Shown here piece by piece: positions 45,326 to 55,910 of a DNA stretch of 64,000 nt. The DNA comes from Nanobdellota archaeon (GTDB lineage: Archaea > Nanobdellota > Nanobdellia > Pacearchaeales > GW2011-AR1). The stretch lies in assembly GCA_021799535.1 (NCBI GenBank), contig JAJZAH010000002.1, positions 16,950-80,949 of the forward strand, written 5' to 3'. The notes beneath the pieces were generated by a model. The model saw nothing but the letters and a program-made list of their open reading frames with translations, had not been told where the DNA came from and did no database searches. Position numbers and translations under genes: made by a program. Position 1 is the first letter of the stretch. Every line of letters starts with the position of its first letter.

Positions 45326-45930
45326 TTTTTACCTTCCAGATTTTTTATTTTCTCTTGCAAGTGTTTTTTCAGTTTTGAAAGATTCTTCTTCCAGTCTTCT
45401 TTCATAAGACCGTAGAAATTCTCGTCGTGAATTTTGCCCGTTGATTTTGCAATGTGGTGTTTTAACTTGCAACCTTCATATTTGTAACCAATCGATGTTT
45501 GAGCCTTATTGCTTGCGGTATTTTCCTTGTAAACTCCTGTTTCCATTTTCCTGACCTTCAGTCTGTTAAAAGCGAATTCATTCACTGCAATTTTTGCTTC
45601 CATAATATAACCTTTTCTCCAATATTCCTTATTTATCCAAGATCCAGTTTCGCAGGTTTTATGCTGCTTGCTGTAATTTGCAATATCTATAGCTCCGATA
45701 ATCTTTTTTTCTGACCTTAGTTCAATAAAAAAATGATAAGATGTTTTTTCTTTTTCTTTCCATTCTTTGATACAGTGTTTTATCCATTCTTTTGCGTCTT
45801 TTTCCTTGTAAGGGAAAGCGACAGCCGCAAGGTACCTTGAAGTATCTCTGTCGTTGAGCCCTTCAACTAAATCTTTCCAGTCCGACATTTTTGGTTCTCT
45901 CAGGACTAATCTCTGCGTTTTGAGTTTCAT
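45322..45930 (-). CDS. GNAT N-acetyltransferase (RimJ/RimL-like)
   Basis: TQRLVLREPKMSDWKDL N-terminus and the WRKGY acetyl-CoA-binding region. Confidence 0.7.
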   Translation of the reverse strand: MKLKTQRLVLREPKMSDWKDLVEGLNDRDTSRYLAAVAFPYKEKDAKEWIKHCIKEWKEKEKTSYHFFIELRSEKKIIGAIDIANYSKQHKTCETGSWINKEYWRKGYIMEAKIAVNEFAFNRLKVRKMETGVYKENTASNKAQTSIGYKYEGCKLKHHIAKSTGKIHDENFYGLMKEDWKKNLSKLKKHLQEKIKNLEGKK

Positions 45931-45960
45931 ATGATCAAAAAATTTCGGAACTACTTAAAT

Positions 45961-46668
45961 TTAATCGTACCTCTCGAAATGGATCCTTTCCGGGGAAATT
46001 CCTGAAGATAGCAGCTTCTCTCTTGTTTCAAAAACCATGTCTTTCAATCCGCAGATATAAAAATCTCCTTTGAAATCTTTTGGGGTCAGTTTTTCCAAAA
46101 AATCCTGCGCATGACCTATAAGTCTGTGATTTCCATTTTCTGGTTGGCTTAAGATGTTGTAATACTCGAAATTTTTATTCTCTTCGGACAATTTCTTAAG
46201 TTCTTCCTCGCAACATAAATCTTCTTCTTTCCTGAAGCCTCTTATAAGAATCATTCTATTTTTGAATCTCCTTCCTATCAAGTCCTTCACTATGCTCATG
46301 AAAGGGGCGAATCCTGTTCCACTTGATATCATGAGGATATCCTTATGGATCGTGCTTTCCTTTATTGTGAAAATTCCTAGAGGTCCCTTCATTTCGATTT
46401 CTTCTCCAATCTTCATGTTGAATAAATAATTTGATGAATAGCCTCCTTTGATAATCTTGAAGTATGTCTCTATGAATCTGATTTCACTTGGGGCAGAAAA
46501 AATGGAGTAAGATCTTAAGATTCTTTTTCCTTCTTTGTAAAATGCTATTATGACATATTGGCCTGCTGTGAAATTAAACCCTTCCGGTATTGAAAATTTT
46601 AAGATCTTTGTTTCAGGATTTATTTCCTTTATTTCTAAAAGTTTTGATTTGAATAGTATTGGCTTCAT
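45961..46668 (-). CDS. Ferredoxin-NADP reductase-like FAD/NAD(P)-binding oxidoreductase
   Basis: RSYSIFS (RxYS) FAD motif and SSGTGFAPF NAD motif. Confidence 0.7.
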   Translation of the reverse strand: MKPILFKSKLLEIKEINPETKILKFSIPEGFNFTAGQYVIIAFYKEGKRILRSYSIFSAPSEIRFIETYFKIIKGGYSSNYLFNMKIGEEIEMKGPLGIFTIKESTIHKDILMISSGTGFAPFMSIVKDLIGRRFKNRMILIRGFRKEEDLCCEEELKKLSEENKNFEYYNILSQPENGNHRLIGHAQDFLEKLTPKDFKGDFYICGLKDMVFETREKLLSSGISPERIHFERYD

Positions 46669-46778
46669 AAAAATAAGAAAATGGGCTGGTTTAAAAGGTT
46701 TTTATGAAGGGAAAACTTGCGTTTTGTGAACACCTTAGCTTGAAAAAAGTTAATAAATCAATTTTTCCTTGCAATAAA

Positions 46779-47345
46779 ATGAAGAGGTTTAATCTTGGTC
46801 ATGTTCTTCTTCTGTCGTATGTAATATCAACTTTCTCAGAGGGAGTGATATTGCCTGTCTATGCCATTTTCGTGCAGGGTATTGGGGGTAACGTTCTTGA
46901 TGCGGGCATAGCAATGGGAATCTTTTTGGCATTTGACGGGATTTTTACTTTTTTTATACATAATAAAAAGAAGAAAAGAACACACAAACAGAGAATAAAG
47001 ATAATGATTGAAGGCTGGTTTGTCTGGCTTGTTGGAATCTCTTTCTATCTTGTAATCTCAAATAAGTGGACTTTGTTTGCGGCTCAGATTTTTATCGCTC
47101 TTGGAAATGCACTTGCCGATCCGGTTTATGATGAAGAATTTTCGGACAATGCAAGCAAACTTGATCCGGAAAAAGAATGGGGGCTCTTTGAAGGCGGAAA
47201 GTCTATCGTTGGAGGGATTTCCGCAGTCGCAGGAGGGGCAATTGTGGCTGTGTTTGGGTTCAATGTTTTAATCTATACAATGGTTGTAACGGCAACAATC
47301 TCCTGTATTCTGGTAGTCTATTATGTTAAGAAGGTCAAAAAATGA
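46779..47345 (+). CDS. Six-TM membrane protein (half-size MFS-like)
   Basis: Hydrophobicity pattern. The ATG at 46779 follows a TATA-like taataaatca. Confidence 0.45.
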   Translation: MKRFNLGHVLLLSYVISTFSEGVILPVYAIFVQGIGGNVLDAGIAMGIFLAFDGIFTFFIHNKKKKRTHKQRIKIMIEGWFVWLVGISFYLVISNKWTLFAAQIFIALGNALADPVYDEEFSDNASKLDPEKEWGLFEGGKSIVGGISAVAGGAIVAVFGFNVLIYTMVVTATISCILVVYYVKKVKK

Positions 47346-47409
47346 TTTTTTGTATGCTTGTATCTAATTATCTTTAAATACCTCTATGGTTTCCAAAACT
47401 TGATACAAA

Positions 47410-48573
47410 ATGGTGAACTTTGCTCATTTTGCTGATGTACATCTGGGAGGTTGGAGGCAAGGGCCTATGCAGGAGCTGAATTTTCTGGCTTTCCAGAAAG
47501 TCATAGATACGTGTATTTCAAGAAAGGTGGACTTTGTCCTTGTTGCTGGAGATTTGTTTGATTCCGCTTATCCTCCCATTGAAACTCTCAAGGAAACCTT
47601 TGCCGAATTCAAGAAACTGAGGGATGCAAAAATACCTGTGTTCATAATTGCCGGATCTCATGATTACTCAGTTTCCGGAAAGACTTTTCTTGATGTCCTT
47701 GAGAAAGCCGGTTTTTGCAGGAACGTTTTTAGGGGGGAAGTGAAAGAAGAGGAGATAATTCTTTATCCTACTATCTGGAACGGGGTTGCTATTTATGGTT
47801 ACCCGGGAAAAAAATCAGGTCTTGAAGTTCCAGATATAAAAAAGATAAGGCTTGAAGATGCTCCAGGTATGTTTAAGATACTTATGCTTCATACGACAAT
47901 GGACAAAGTCAGAGGGGTGCTTCCTGTTGAGTGTGTCGAGTTTGATAAGCTTCCGGAAGCTAGTTATTATGCTCTTGGACATATACATGTGGATTTTAGA
48001 TACAGAAATCTTGTGTATCCGGGACCTGTCTTTCCCAATAATTTCAGCGAAATTGAAACCCTTGAGAACGGAAGTTTTTACATTGTCGATACGGAGCTGG
48101 GGAATCCTTTTGAGAAAATAGATATAAAAATAAAAGATATCGTTGTTCTTGATATAACAGTCAGGAATGCCCTGTCCGCCACTGATGATATAGTTTCGGA
48201 GCTTGGGAAAAAAAATATTAAAGATAAACTTGTTCTTCTCAGGCTTTCAGGTACGATAGATAATCAAAAAACTTCGGATATAAAGACGGAAAAAATAGAA
48301 AATTTCTGCCTTGAGAATGGAGCTTACTTCTTTCTCAAAAACACGCATGATCTTAAAACAAGTGAAGTGGACCTCAATATAGAAATAAAAAACAAGGAAA
48401 ACTTGGAAGAAGAAGCGATAAAAAAATATTCCGGTGAAAACCCTTCCGAATTCAACAAAATTATACCCCAACTCATGAATATACTTTCGGCTGAGAAACA
48501 GGAAGGCGAAACGGTGGATTCTTTCAACTCCCGATTGCTTGAGGATGCAAGGAAGATTCTAGAGATTGATTAG
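47410..48573 (+). CDS. mre11: Mre11 DNA double-strand-break repair nuclease
   Basis: Phosphoesterase motifs HFADVHLG, AGDLFD, GSHD and GHIH. Confidence 0.85.
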   Translation: MVNFAHFADVHLGGWRQGPMQELNFLAFQKVIDTCISRKVDFVLVAGDLFDSAYPPIETLKETFAEFKKLRDAKIPVFIIAGSHDYSVSGKTFLDVLEKAGFCRNVFRGEVKEEEIILYPTIWNGVAIYGYPGKKSGLEVPDIKKIRLEDAPGMFKILMLHTTMDKVRGVLPVECVEFDKLPEASYYALGHIHVDFRYRNLVYPGPVFPNNFSEIETLENGSFYIVDTELGNPFEKIDIKIKDIVVLDITVRNALSATDDIVSELGKKNIKDKLVLLRLSGTIDNQKTSDIKTEKIENFCLENGAYFFLKNTHDLKTSEVDLNIEIKNKENLEEEAIKKYSGENPSEFNKIIPQLMNILSAEKQEGETVDSFNSRLLEDARKILEID

Positions 48574-48588
48574 GCTTTTCTTCCAAAA

Positions 48589-49008
48589 TTAAGGTTGTTG
48601 GTAAAAACTTTCGTAGTGCTTTGGGATACCTGAGAAAAAATATTTTATATCTTCCAGATTCATTTTCATCCTTTTTTGTTTTAATACCTCGGTCGCTATT
48701 TCAGCGGCGAATTCATCGGGAAACTTTTTGATGGCGATTCTCTTTAGCGAGAGGACTTTGTTTTTTTTCACTTTCGTTTCCGTGTACCAAGGATTGTAGT
48801 CCTTGTCTGGAACAAGTGGTTGGGCAAGAAAATGAGTGTACTTTTCCCTTTGTGTTTTAAAGACTTCATTCAGGCTGAGATCCCCAATCAAATTAGTCTC
48901 TCGGTTCATCTTCACTTTTGAAATCTTGACCGAATAAACTTGCTTTTCTTTTTCTATTTCATATTCGAAGCTCTCGTCAAAAATTATTCTTCTTAACAGC
49001 GCGCTCAT
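48589..49008 (-). CDS. Hypothetical protein (139 aa) between mre11 and rad50
   Basis: ORF only, on the opposite strand to its neighbours. Confidence 0.4.
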   Translation of the reverse strand: MSALLRRIIFDESFEYEIEKEKQVYSVKISKVKMNRETNLIGDLSLNEVFKTQREKYTHFLAQPLVPDKDYNPWYTETKVKKNKVLSLKRIAIKKFPDEFAAEIATEVLKQKRMKMNLEDIKYFFSGIPKHYESFYQQP

Positions 49009-49109
49009 GTTTTTTATATGTGGCTTTTATTTATAACATTAATTGTGATTGGCTATTGGGCTGGTTTTTATACATCAATACTTAAAAAGTCCGGCATTTT
49101 TCTAACCTT

Positions 49110-51155
49110 ATGATAATCAAAAAAGTGGTATTGGATAATATAAGAAGTTACGAACATGGAGAAGTCGAATTCCCTAAAGGCTCGACTTTACTTTCAGGAG
49201 ATATCGGGTCCGGAAAAACTTCTATTCTGCTTGCCATAGAGTTTGGGCTTTTCGGTCTCCAGCCCGGCCAAAAAGGATCAGCGCTTCTAAGAAACGGGAA
49301 ATCTGAGGGAGGCGTCTTGCTAACTTTTGAAGTTGACGGAAGGGAGATTACAGTGGAAAGAACACTGAAAAGAGGGAAAACAATTTCTCAAGATTATTCT
49401 GCCATAACTATAGACGGGAGAAAGGAGGAACTTGCGGTGACAGAACTTAAACAGAGGGTTCTTGATATTTTGAATTATCCTTCAGAATTCTCTAAAAAGC
49501 AAAATCTCCTTTACAAATTCACGGTTTATACCCCTCAGGAATCAATGAAAGAAATTGTGACTGAAGATTCTGAAGTCCGCCTTAATACCCTGAGGCATAT
49601 CTTTGGAATTGACAAGTACAAGACAATAATAGAAAATGCGGATATCCTCCGGCTGAAACTCAGGGAAGAAAGGCGTGTCATGGAAGGAGTCACACTAAAC
49701 CTTGATGAGGATAAAAAAAGCATTTCAAGGAAAGAAAGTGAGCTTGATAAGATGGAGCTTTCGACCAATTCTCTTAAAGCAGCTCTTGCTGAGAAATCTA
49801 ATTTAAGGAGGATCAAAGAAAAAGAGAAGGATGAAGTTTCTGGAAGAATCGATGAAAAAAACGAGCTCAAGCAGGAACTTGGAAAATCAAGGATCCTTCT
49901 ACTCTCAAAGAGGGAAAGTGTCCTAAAAAATGAAAAAAGTATGAAAGAGATAAAATCGGAGATAGAGGAGTTCAGTAATGTCAACTTCGATGAGAGCATA
50001 TTTTACGAGACTGAGAAGCTTATTGCGGACCTTAAAAAAGAAAAAGAGAATTTTTATGAGAAAGATTTACGAATTAATGCGGAGATTCAAAGCCTCAAAG
50101 CCAAGTCTGAAGAGCACAAAAAGATACACGATACTTTTTCGGATCTCCAGATCTGTCCGACGTGCTACCAGGAGGTTGATTCAGTCCACAGGGCAAATGT
50201 CCTGAATAAATCTTACAATGAAATATCTCTATCCAGTCGAAGAATAGAAGAACTTACGATGGAAAGGAAAATTACTCTGGAAAATTTAAAGAGTGCCGAC
50301 TTGAAAATATCAGACAGCGAAAAGAGGCTGACTGATCTTAAAATCTTAAAGATGAAACTTGAGAGTGCGGCAGAAAAAGAGAAAAAGATCATGGAGCTCG
50401 AGAGAGAAAATGAGCTTTTAAAAAAGGATGTTTTTATCCTTGAGAAACATACTCAAGATTTAAATGACGCAGTCTTTAATCTTTCGAAATTTGATTCTAT
50501 CTTCAGTGAGAAAGAGAAAGAGCTTAAAGACGCTTTAAAGCAGGAAAAAATTGCGGAGATAAGGCTCGCTGAAGTAAAGAAAGAGATTGAGGTCTGCAAG
50601 AGGGCTATAGCTGAACTTAAAGAGAAGGTCGAAAGAGTTGAAACTATCAAGAAGAAGCTTGCTTATGTAACTGAACTTGAGAATTGGATCAGCAAAAAAT
50701 TTGTACCCGTCATATCTTTTCTTGAAAAGAATGTCATGAATTCCTTAAAGAAAGAATTTTCCAGCCTGTTTGGTGAGTGGTTCCAGACACTTGTGGCGGA
50801 TAATTTCAATGTGAGGCTTACAGATGATTTCACCCCAATCATAGAGCAGCAGGATTATGAAGTCGATTACGAATTCCTGTCTGGAGGCGAAAGGACGGCC
50901 ATAGCTCTAGCTTACAGGCTTGCCCTGAACCAGGTCATTAATTCAGTCATGAGCAGGATAAAAACAAGGGATATAGTGATTCTTGATGAGCCGACAGACG
51001 GATTTTCAGAGCAGCAGCTTGATAAAATGAGGGGGGTCCTTGAGCAGCTTAATGTAAAGCAGCTCATAATAGTGTCGCACGAGCAGAAGATAGAAGGCTT
51101 TGTTGAAAATGTCATACGTTTTAGGAAGAATTATGGTATCAGCGGTAAAGAATGA
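49110..51155 (+). CDS. rad50: Rad50 SMC-like ATPase (short, 681 aa)
   Basis: Walker A GDIGSGKTS, long coiled coil with the zinc hook CPTC, signature LSGGE and Walker B ILDEPT. Confidence 0.85.
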   Translation: MIIKKVVLDNIRSYEHGEVEFPKGSTLLSGDIGSGKTSILLAIEFGLFGLQPGQKGSALLRNGKSEGGVLLTFEVDGREITVERTLKRGKTISQDYSAITIDGRKEELAVTELKQRVLDILNYPSEFSKKQNLLYKFTVYTPQESMKEIVTEDSEVRLNTLRHIFGIDKYKTIIENADILRLKLREERRVMEGVTLNLDEDKKSISRKESELDKMELSTNSLKAALAEKSNLRRIKEKEKDEVSGRIDEKNELKQELGKSRILLLSKRESVLKNEKSMKEIKSEIEEFSNVNFDESIFYETEKLIADLKKEKENFYEKDLRINAEIQSLKAKSEEHKKIHDTFSDLQICPTCYQEVDSVHRANVLNKSYNEISLSSRRIEELTMERKITLENLKSADLKISDSEKRLTDLKILKMKLESAAEKEKKIMELERENELLKKDVFILEKHTQDLNDAVFNLSKFDSIFSEKEKELKDALKQEKIAEIRLAEVKKEIEVCKRAIAELKEKVERVETIKKKLAYVTELENWISKKFVPVISFLEKNVMNSLKKEFSSLFGEWFQTLVADNFNVRLTDDFTPIIEQQDYEVDYEFLSGGERTAIALAYRLALNQVINSVMSRIKTRDIVILDEPTDGFSEQQLDKMRGVLEQLNVKQLIIVSHEQKIEGFVENVIRFRKNYGISGKE

Positions 51156-51202
51156 TCATCTATTATAATTAATCTTATAAATCACTTTAAACCTTTATTC
51201 CA

Positions 51203-51616
51203 ATGGGAATATTCTACGGGGATCGCATGAGAAATCTTGTCTTTCCTGCGAAAGTTTTCTTTCATTCTGCAGGTTTCAAGGAACTTTATGGCTCCATAAA
51301 AGACGCGAGGACTTATTCCGCACTTAATTTAATGAGATCTTATGACACTCTAAAAGATTTTGATTATGTAATATCTGTTTTATGGGGAAATGTGAAGACA
51401 CAGGAGAAGATTATGGATATTTTTGGATTCAGTGATACAAGCCCCTGGCCTGGAAATCCCGACGTAAGTTCATACATCATGAAAAACGGAATAATCAGAA
51501 AAGAAAATCCTATAGCTTGCGGAGACAGTGTCATTCTGCTGGGAAATGAGGAATCATTAAGAAGGAAATGTGGCAGTCTTGAAGAGTATCTCAATAGGCC
51601 TTTTAAAGCTTCCTAA
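51203..51616 (+). CDS. Hypothetical protein (137 aa)
   Basis: ORF only. Confidence 0.4.
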   Translation: MGIFYGDRMRNLVFPAKVFFHSAGFKELYGSIKDARTYSALNLMRSYDTLKDFDYVISVLWGNVKTQEKIMDIFGFSDTSPWPGNPDVSSYIMKNGIIRKENPIACGDSVILLGNEESLRRKCGSLEEYLNRPFKAS

Positions 51617-51745
51617 TCAAGTGTTTCCACCCCTATTTTTAAGTCCTTTCACAAGACTTTTGTTTTCATAAACTCTTACAACTTAAGACAGAAATATTTA
51701 TAAACCCCGGCTTCCCAATAGTTTTGTAAATTCTAGGTTTTTAAA

Positions 51746-52399
51746 ATGGATGAAGACTTTAAGAAAAATATTCTGAAGACAGGGACCACAATTTTAGGAA
51801 TTGTCTGTAAAGACGGAGTCGTTATGGCTTCAGATAGGCAAATAACTGCTGGAACGCTCATTGTTGGTAAAAAATATCCCAAGACTGTGCAGATTAATGA
51901 TTATCTTTTAATGTCCTTTACAGGAAGTGTTTCTGATGCTCAAAGAGTTGTGAAAATACTCCCCGCTGAACTGAAACTTAAGGAACTTAGGACAAAGTCT
52001 AGGCCTACGGTGGGTCAGGCTGCGAATTTGCTCTCTACAATCCTCTATTCCGGAGCAAGACAAGGCGGGATGATGGTCGGGAATCTTATAGGAGGTCTTA
52101 ATTCTGACGGTTCTGCGGAGTTGTATACAATAGAGCCGGCAGGAAGCGTGATTAAAGTTGAAGATTATGATGCGAACTTTGGTTCTGGGATGCCATTCGT
52201 TCTTGGGCTTCTTGAAAGGCAGTATAAAAAAGGAATTATTGTTAAGGAGGGTGTTGAACTTGCTCAGGAGGCAATAAAATCTTCAACTCAAAGAGATGTC
52301 GGATCAGGATTCGGAATTGATGTCTTTACAATAACTAAAGAAGGTATAAAAAAAGTTGTTGAGCAGGTTATTGAACCAATTTTCAAAGACAAGCAATAA
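51746..52399 (+). CDS. psmB: Proteasome beta subunit
   Basis: Short propeptide followed by TGTTILGIVCKDGVVMASD. Confidence 0.85.
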   Translation: MDEDFKKNILKTGTTILGIVCKDGVVMASDRQITAGTLIVGKKYPKTVQINDYLLMSFTGSVSDAQRVVKILPAELKLKELRTKSRPTVGQAANLLSTILYSGARQGGMMVGNLIGGLNSDGSAELYTIEPAGSVIKVEDYDANFGSGMPFVLGLLERQYKKGIIVKEGVELAQEAIKSSTQRDVGSGFGIDVFTITKEGIKKVVEQVIEPIFKDKQ

Positions 52400-52429
52400 T
52401 TTTGCTTATTAAAATATTATTGATTTAAA

Positions 52430-54316
52430 ATGTTGGAAATTTTAAAAAATATTACAGATAGGCTTCATGGGGAGGTTTCAGAAGCATCGTTTGAAGGTGC
52501 AAACATAGTTCTTTATACAAAGAATGAGAACTTTTTCAGGAACGATGAAGGGAAGATAAAAGAGATAGTTAATGATCTCAAGAAAAGAATTGAGCTTAGA
52601 GCTGATGAGAAAATATTGCCTGACGAGGAAACTACTGAAAAGAAAGTCAGAGAGATTGTCCCTGCTGAAGCTGAAATCACTGATGTGCTTTTTGATGTTC
52701 ACAGGAGCGTCATTACTATTGAAGCGAAAAGGCCCGGCCTTGTTATAGGTAAACAAGGGTCCATCCTTGATCAGATAAAAAAGGAAACTTTGTGGACTCC
52801 ACAGGTTCAGAGAAGCCCTTCTATAAAATCAAAAATTACGGAAAACATAAGAAGTGTTCTTTATGACAAAAGCAAAGAGAGGAAAAAATTTCTGAACGAA
52901 GTCGGAGAGAAAATATATTCCGGCTGGACACAGGAAAAATCTGACGGCTGGGCGAGAGTCACAATACTTGGCGGGGGAAGACAGGTCGGGAGAAGCTGCT
53001 TTTTCCTGCAGACTGAGAATTCAAAAATCCTCCTTGACTGCGGCATAGATGTTTCGACCAACGGGAAAGATAAGTTTCCTATTTTCAATGTTCCGGAATT
53101 CGACATAAGTCAGCTTGATGCTGTGATATTGTCGCACGCTCATTTGGATCACTCCGGTCTTTTGCCTTATCTTTACAAGATGGGATACAAGGGACCAGCT
53201 TATATGACCGCTCCAACGCGTGACATCTCAGCGCTTCTTGCACTTGATTTCATAGGGGTTGCTTATAAACAGGCTGCGACTCCCCTCTTTTCTTCTGCCG
53301 CCATATCAGAGATGGTAAAGAGGACTATCTGCTTGAATTACGGAGAGGTGACTGATGTTACACCAGATATAAGGATAACTTTTTACAACGCAGGTCACGT
53401 TTTGGGTTCTTCGCAGGTCCATATAAATATAGGCAATGGAGCCCACAATTTCGTTTACTCAGGTGATATGAAATACGGCAGGACGAGGCTTTTGGAGCCG
53501 GCTGCTAATAAATTTCCAAGAGTTGAAACAATTCAAATGGAATCCACTTATGGCGGAAAAAATGATGTCATGCCTCCAAGACAGGTCACGGATGAGATCT
53601 TCATAAATTTAGTGAAAGAAACCGTCGAGAAAGGGGGTAAGGTTCTTTTGCCTGAACTTGGACTAGGGCATTCGCAGGAGTCTCTTCTTAGGGTTGAAGA
53701 GGCAATAAGGACAGGGAAACTTCCTAAAATTCCTATGTATATCGATGGGATGATATGGGACATAAACGCCATTCATACGGCTTATCCGGACTTTTTATCC
53801 TCCAGCATAAGGAGCCAGATATTTCAGGATAATAATCCTTTTACTTCTGATATCTTTAAGAGAGTCGGATCGCCGCACGAAAGGAAAGCAGTTATTGAAG
53901 GAGGTCCGTGCATTGTTCTAGCAACTTCAGGTATGCTCGCGGGCGGCGCTTCTGTGGAGTATCTGAAAAACTTTGCTGGGAATCCGAATAATCTACTGAT
54001 TCTTAGTTGTTATCAGGGCCCAGGTTCGATTGGTCGCCAGCTTCAGGATGGTGCAAAGCAGGTCCTCGTCGAAGACGAAGGAGGTAATGTAATGCTTGAT
54101 GTTAGTATGAGGGTCGAGCTTGTTAACAGCCTTTCGCCGCACTCAGGAAGGAATGAGCTTATGAATTACATAAAGAATATGGAACCTAAACCAAAAAGGA
54201 TCATAATTAATCACGGAGAAGTTTCAAAATCCCTTGATCTTGCTTCATCTCTTTACAAGCTTAATCGTGTAGAAACAACTGTCCCGAGGGTCCTTGAGAC
54301 AGTCAGATTGAGGTAA
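52430..54316 (+). CDS. aCPSF1 (KH domains plus beta-CASP ribonuclease; archaeal termination factor family)
   Basis: N-terminal KH-like repeats (GLVIGKQGS) followed by SHAHLDHSG and beta-CASP motifs, 628 aa. Confidence 0.85.
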   Translation: MLEILKNITDRLHGEVSEASFEGANIVLYTKNENFFRNDEGKIKEIVNDLKKRIELRADEKILPDEETTEKKVREIVPAEAEITDVLFDVHRSVITIEAKRPGLVIGKQGSILDQIKKETLWTPQVQRSPSIKSKITENIRSVLYDKSKERKKFLNEVGEKIYSGWTQEKSDGWARVTILGGGRQVGRSCFFLQTENSKILLDCGIDVSTNGKDKFPIFNVPEFDISQLDAVILSHAHLDHSGLLPYLYKMGYKGPAYMTAPTRDISALLALDFIGVAYKQAATPLFSSAAISEMVKRTICLNYGEVTDVTPDIRITFYNAGHVLGSSQVHINIGNGAHNFVYSGDMKYGRTRLLEPAANKFPRVETIQMESTYGGKNDVMPPRQVTDEIFINLVKETVEKGGKVLLPELGLGHSQESLLRVEEAIRTGKLPKIPMYIDGMIWDINAIHTAYPDFLSSSIRSQIFQDNNPFTSDIFKRVGSPHERKAVIEGGPCIVLATSGMLAGGASVEYLKNFAGNPNNLLILSCYQGPGSIGRQLQDGAKQVLVEDEGGNVMLDVSMRVELVNSLSPHSGRNELMNYIKNMEPKPKRIIINHGEVSKSLDLASSLYKLNRVETTVPRVLETVRLR

Positions 54317-54877
54317 TTACATTAATTTCCTGTTTTGAGCTTTTTTTATGAACTCTCCAAATTTTTTCCAAGCCAGCGATCTGTGTGAAATCTTATTTTT
54401 TTCATCTTTTCCCATCTCTGCCAGCGTTTCCTGTTTACCCTCTGGCTGAAAGATTGGGTCAAATCCGAATTTGCTTTTCCCTTTTGGCGCGACTATTTTT
54501 CCTTTTACGTCTCCTGTAAAAAAGTTCAAGTTTTTCCCGTCAAAATGTGCTACTACACATCTTGAGACTGCTTTTTTATTTTTTTGTCCTTTCATGATAT
54601 TGTAAATTCCCTGAGTTCCGTTTGAGGAGACAAGGAATTTTATCAACGGACCAGGAAATCCATTAAACGCATCGATATAAAACGAGATATCTTCGATGAC
54701 AACTGGTTTTTTCAGGATCCTGTAAGCTTCCAGAACTTTCTTTTTTGCAATTTTGTAAGAATCGTCAGACTGTATTTCCTCTAGATCAATTTCTATCCTT
54801 TTTATCTTCTTTCCAAGGATCTCGCAAACTTCCTTGTATTTGTTGTCATTTCCCGTTATGAAATAAAAATCTTCCAT
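54317..54877 (-). CDS. Non-canonical purine NTP pyrophosphatase (RdgB/HAM1)
   Basis: FITGNDNKYKE, FGFDPIF and SHRS motifs. Confidence 0.8.
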   Translation of the reverse strand: MEDFYFITGNDNKYKEVCEILGKKIKRIEIDLEEIQSDDSYKIAKKKVLEAYRILKKPVVIEDISFYIDAFNGFPGPLIKFLVSSNGTQGIYNIMKGQKNKKAVSRCVVAHFDGKNLNFFTGDVKGKIVAPKGKSKFGFDPIFQPEGKQETLAEMGKDEKNKISHRSLAWKKFGEFIKKAQNRKLM

Positions 54878-54974
54878 ATTTTCATGTTTCAGAAAAAGTT
54901 AATAAATTTTTGTATTCACCTATCGAACTCCATATGTTTTAAAAAGTGTTTTTCCTTTAGGACATTAAGTTGAA

Positions 54975-55910
54975 ATGAAGCATAACCTTAAAATCACTGC
55001 GATCATCCTTTTGATGTTTTTGATGACTCAATTTATAGGCCTTTATGTAGTTAATACTTACGCGACGCAGGCAGTTGTCAACGGGAATGTCACAAATGTC
55101 ACGGGAAAAACTTTGCCTTATGGCATGGGGTTCCAGGATCAGCAGGGTCAGGTGCCTGATTTGCAGTCAATCATAATCTCCTTTGTCTTTTCGTTCGTGA
55201 TTGCGGTTTCACTCGTTTTCCTTTTGATAAAGATAAATGCGAAACTCATACTCAAGACGTGGTTTTTTATCGTTGTGGTAATTGCTTTGGGAATATCGAT
55301 AACTGCTTTTTTGCCGTCGGTCAGTTATGCAGCCTGGATAGGTTTGGGTATCGGAGCTTTACTAGCTTTTCTTAAATTTTACAGGCGTGGTTTTCTGACG
55401 CATAATCTGACAGAGCTCCTGATATACCCTGGTATTGCTGCTGTTTTTGTCCCAGTTATCGGAATCTGGGGTATTGTAATTCTTCTTGTAATAATCTCAA
55501 TTTATGATATGTGGGCTGTCTGGAAATCTAAAATAATGCAGAAAATGGCTAAATATCAAATGGATAAGCTGAATATCTTTGGCGGATTTTTCATACCTTA
55601 TGCTTCTAAGAAAGTTAAAGAGAAAATAAAATTATACAAGGCAAAAGGGAAGAACATAAAGAAGATGAAATTTAAGGTGAATGTGGCTATCCTTGGCGGA
55701 GGGGATATAATTTTTCCGATAATCGCTTCAGGAGTTGTGCTTAAAATTTGGGGACTTGTGCCTGCGGCAATGATAACCTTTGGGGCATTTCTTGGCCTTA
55801 CAGGTCTTTTGTTCTTTTCTGAGAAAAAGAAATTTTATCCTGCTATGCCTTTTATTACCATTGGAATCTTCTTAGCTTTGGCTGTTGATTACCTTATCTT
55901 TGTTATTTAG
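54975..55910 (+). CDS. Presenilin/signal-peptide-peptidase homolog (GxGD aspartyl protease)
   Basis: Multi-TM protein with ISIYDMW (YD), LGGGDIIFP (GxGD) and YPAMPF (PAL-like) motifs. Confidence 0.7.
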   Translation: MKHNLKITAIILLMFLMTQFIGLYVVNTYATQAVVNGNVTNVTGKTLPYGMGFQDQQGQVPDLQSIIISFVFSFVIAVSLVFLLIKINAKLILKTWFFIVVVIALGISITAFLPSVSYAAWIGLGIGALLAFLKFYRRGFLTHNLTELLIYPGIAAVFVPVIGIWGIVILLVIISIYDMWAVWKSKIMQKMAKYQMDKLNIFGGFFIPYASKKVKEKIKLYKAKGKNIKKMKFKVNVAILGGGDIIFPIIASGVVLKIWGLVPAAMITFGAFLGLTGLLFFSEKKKFYPAMPFITIGIFLALAVDYLIFVI

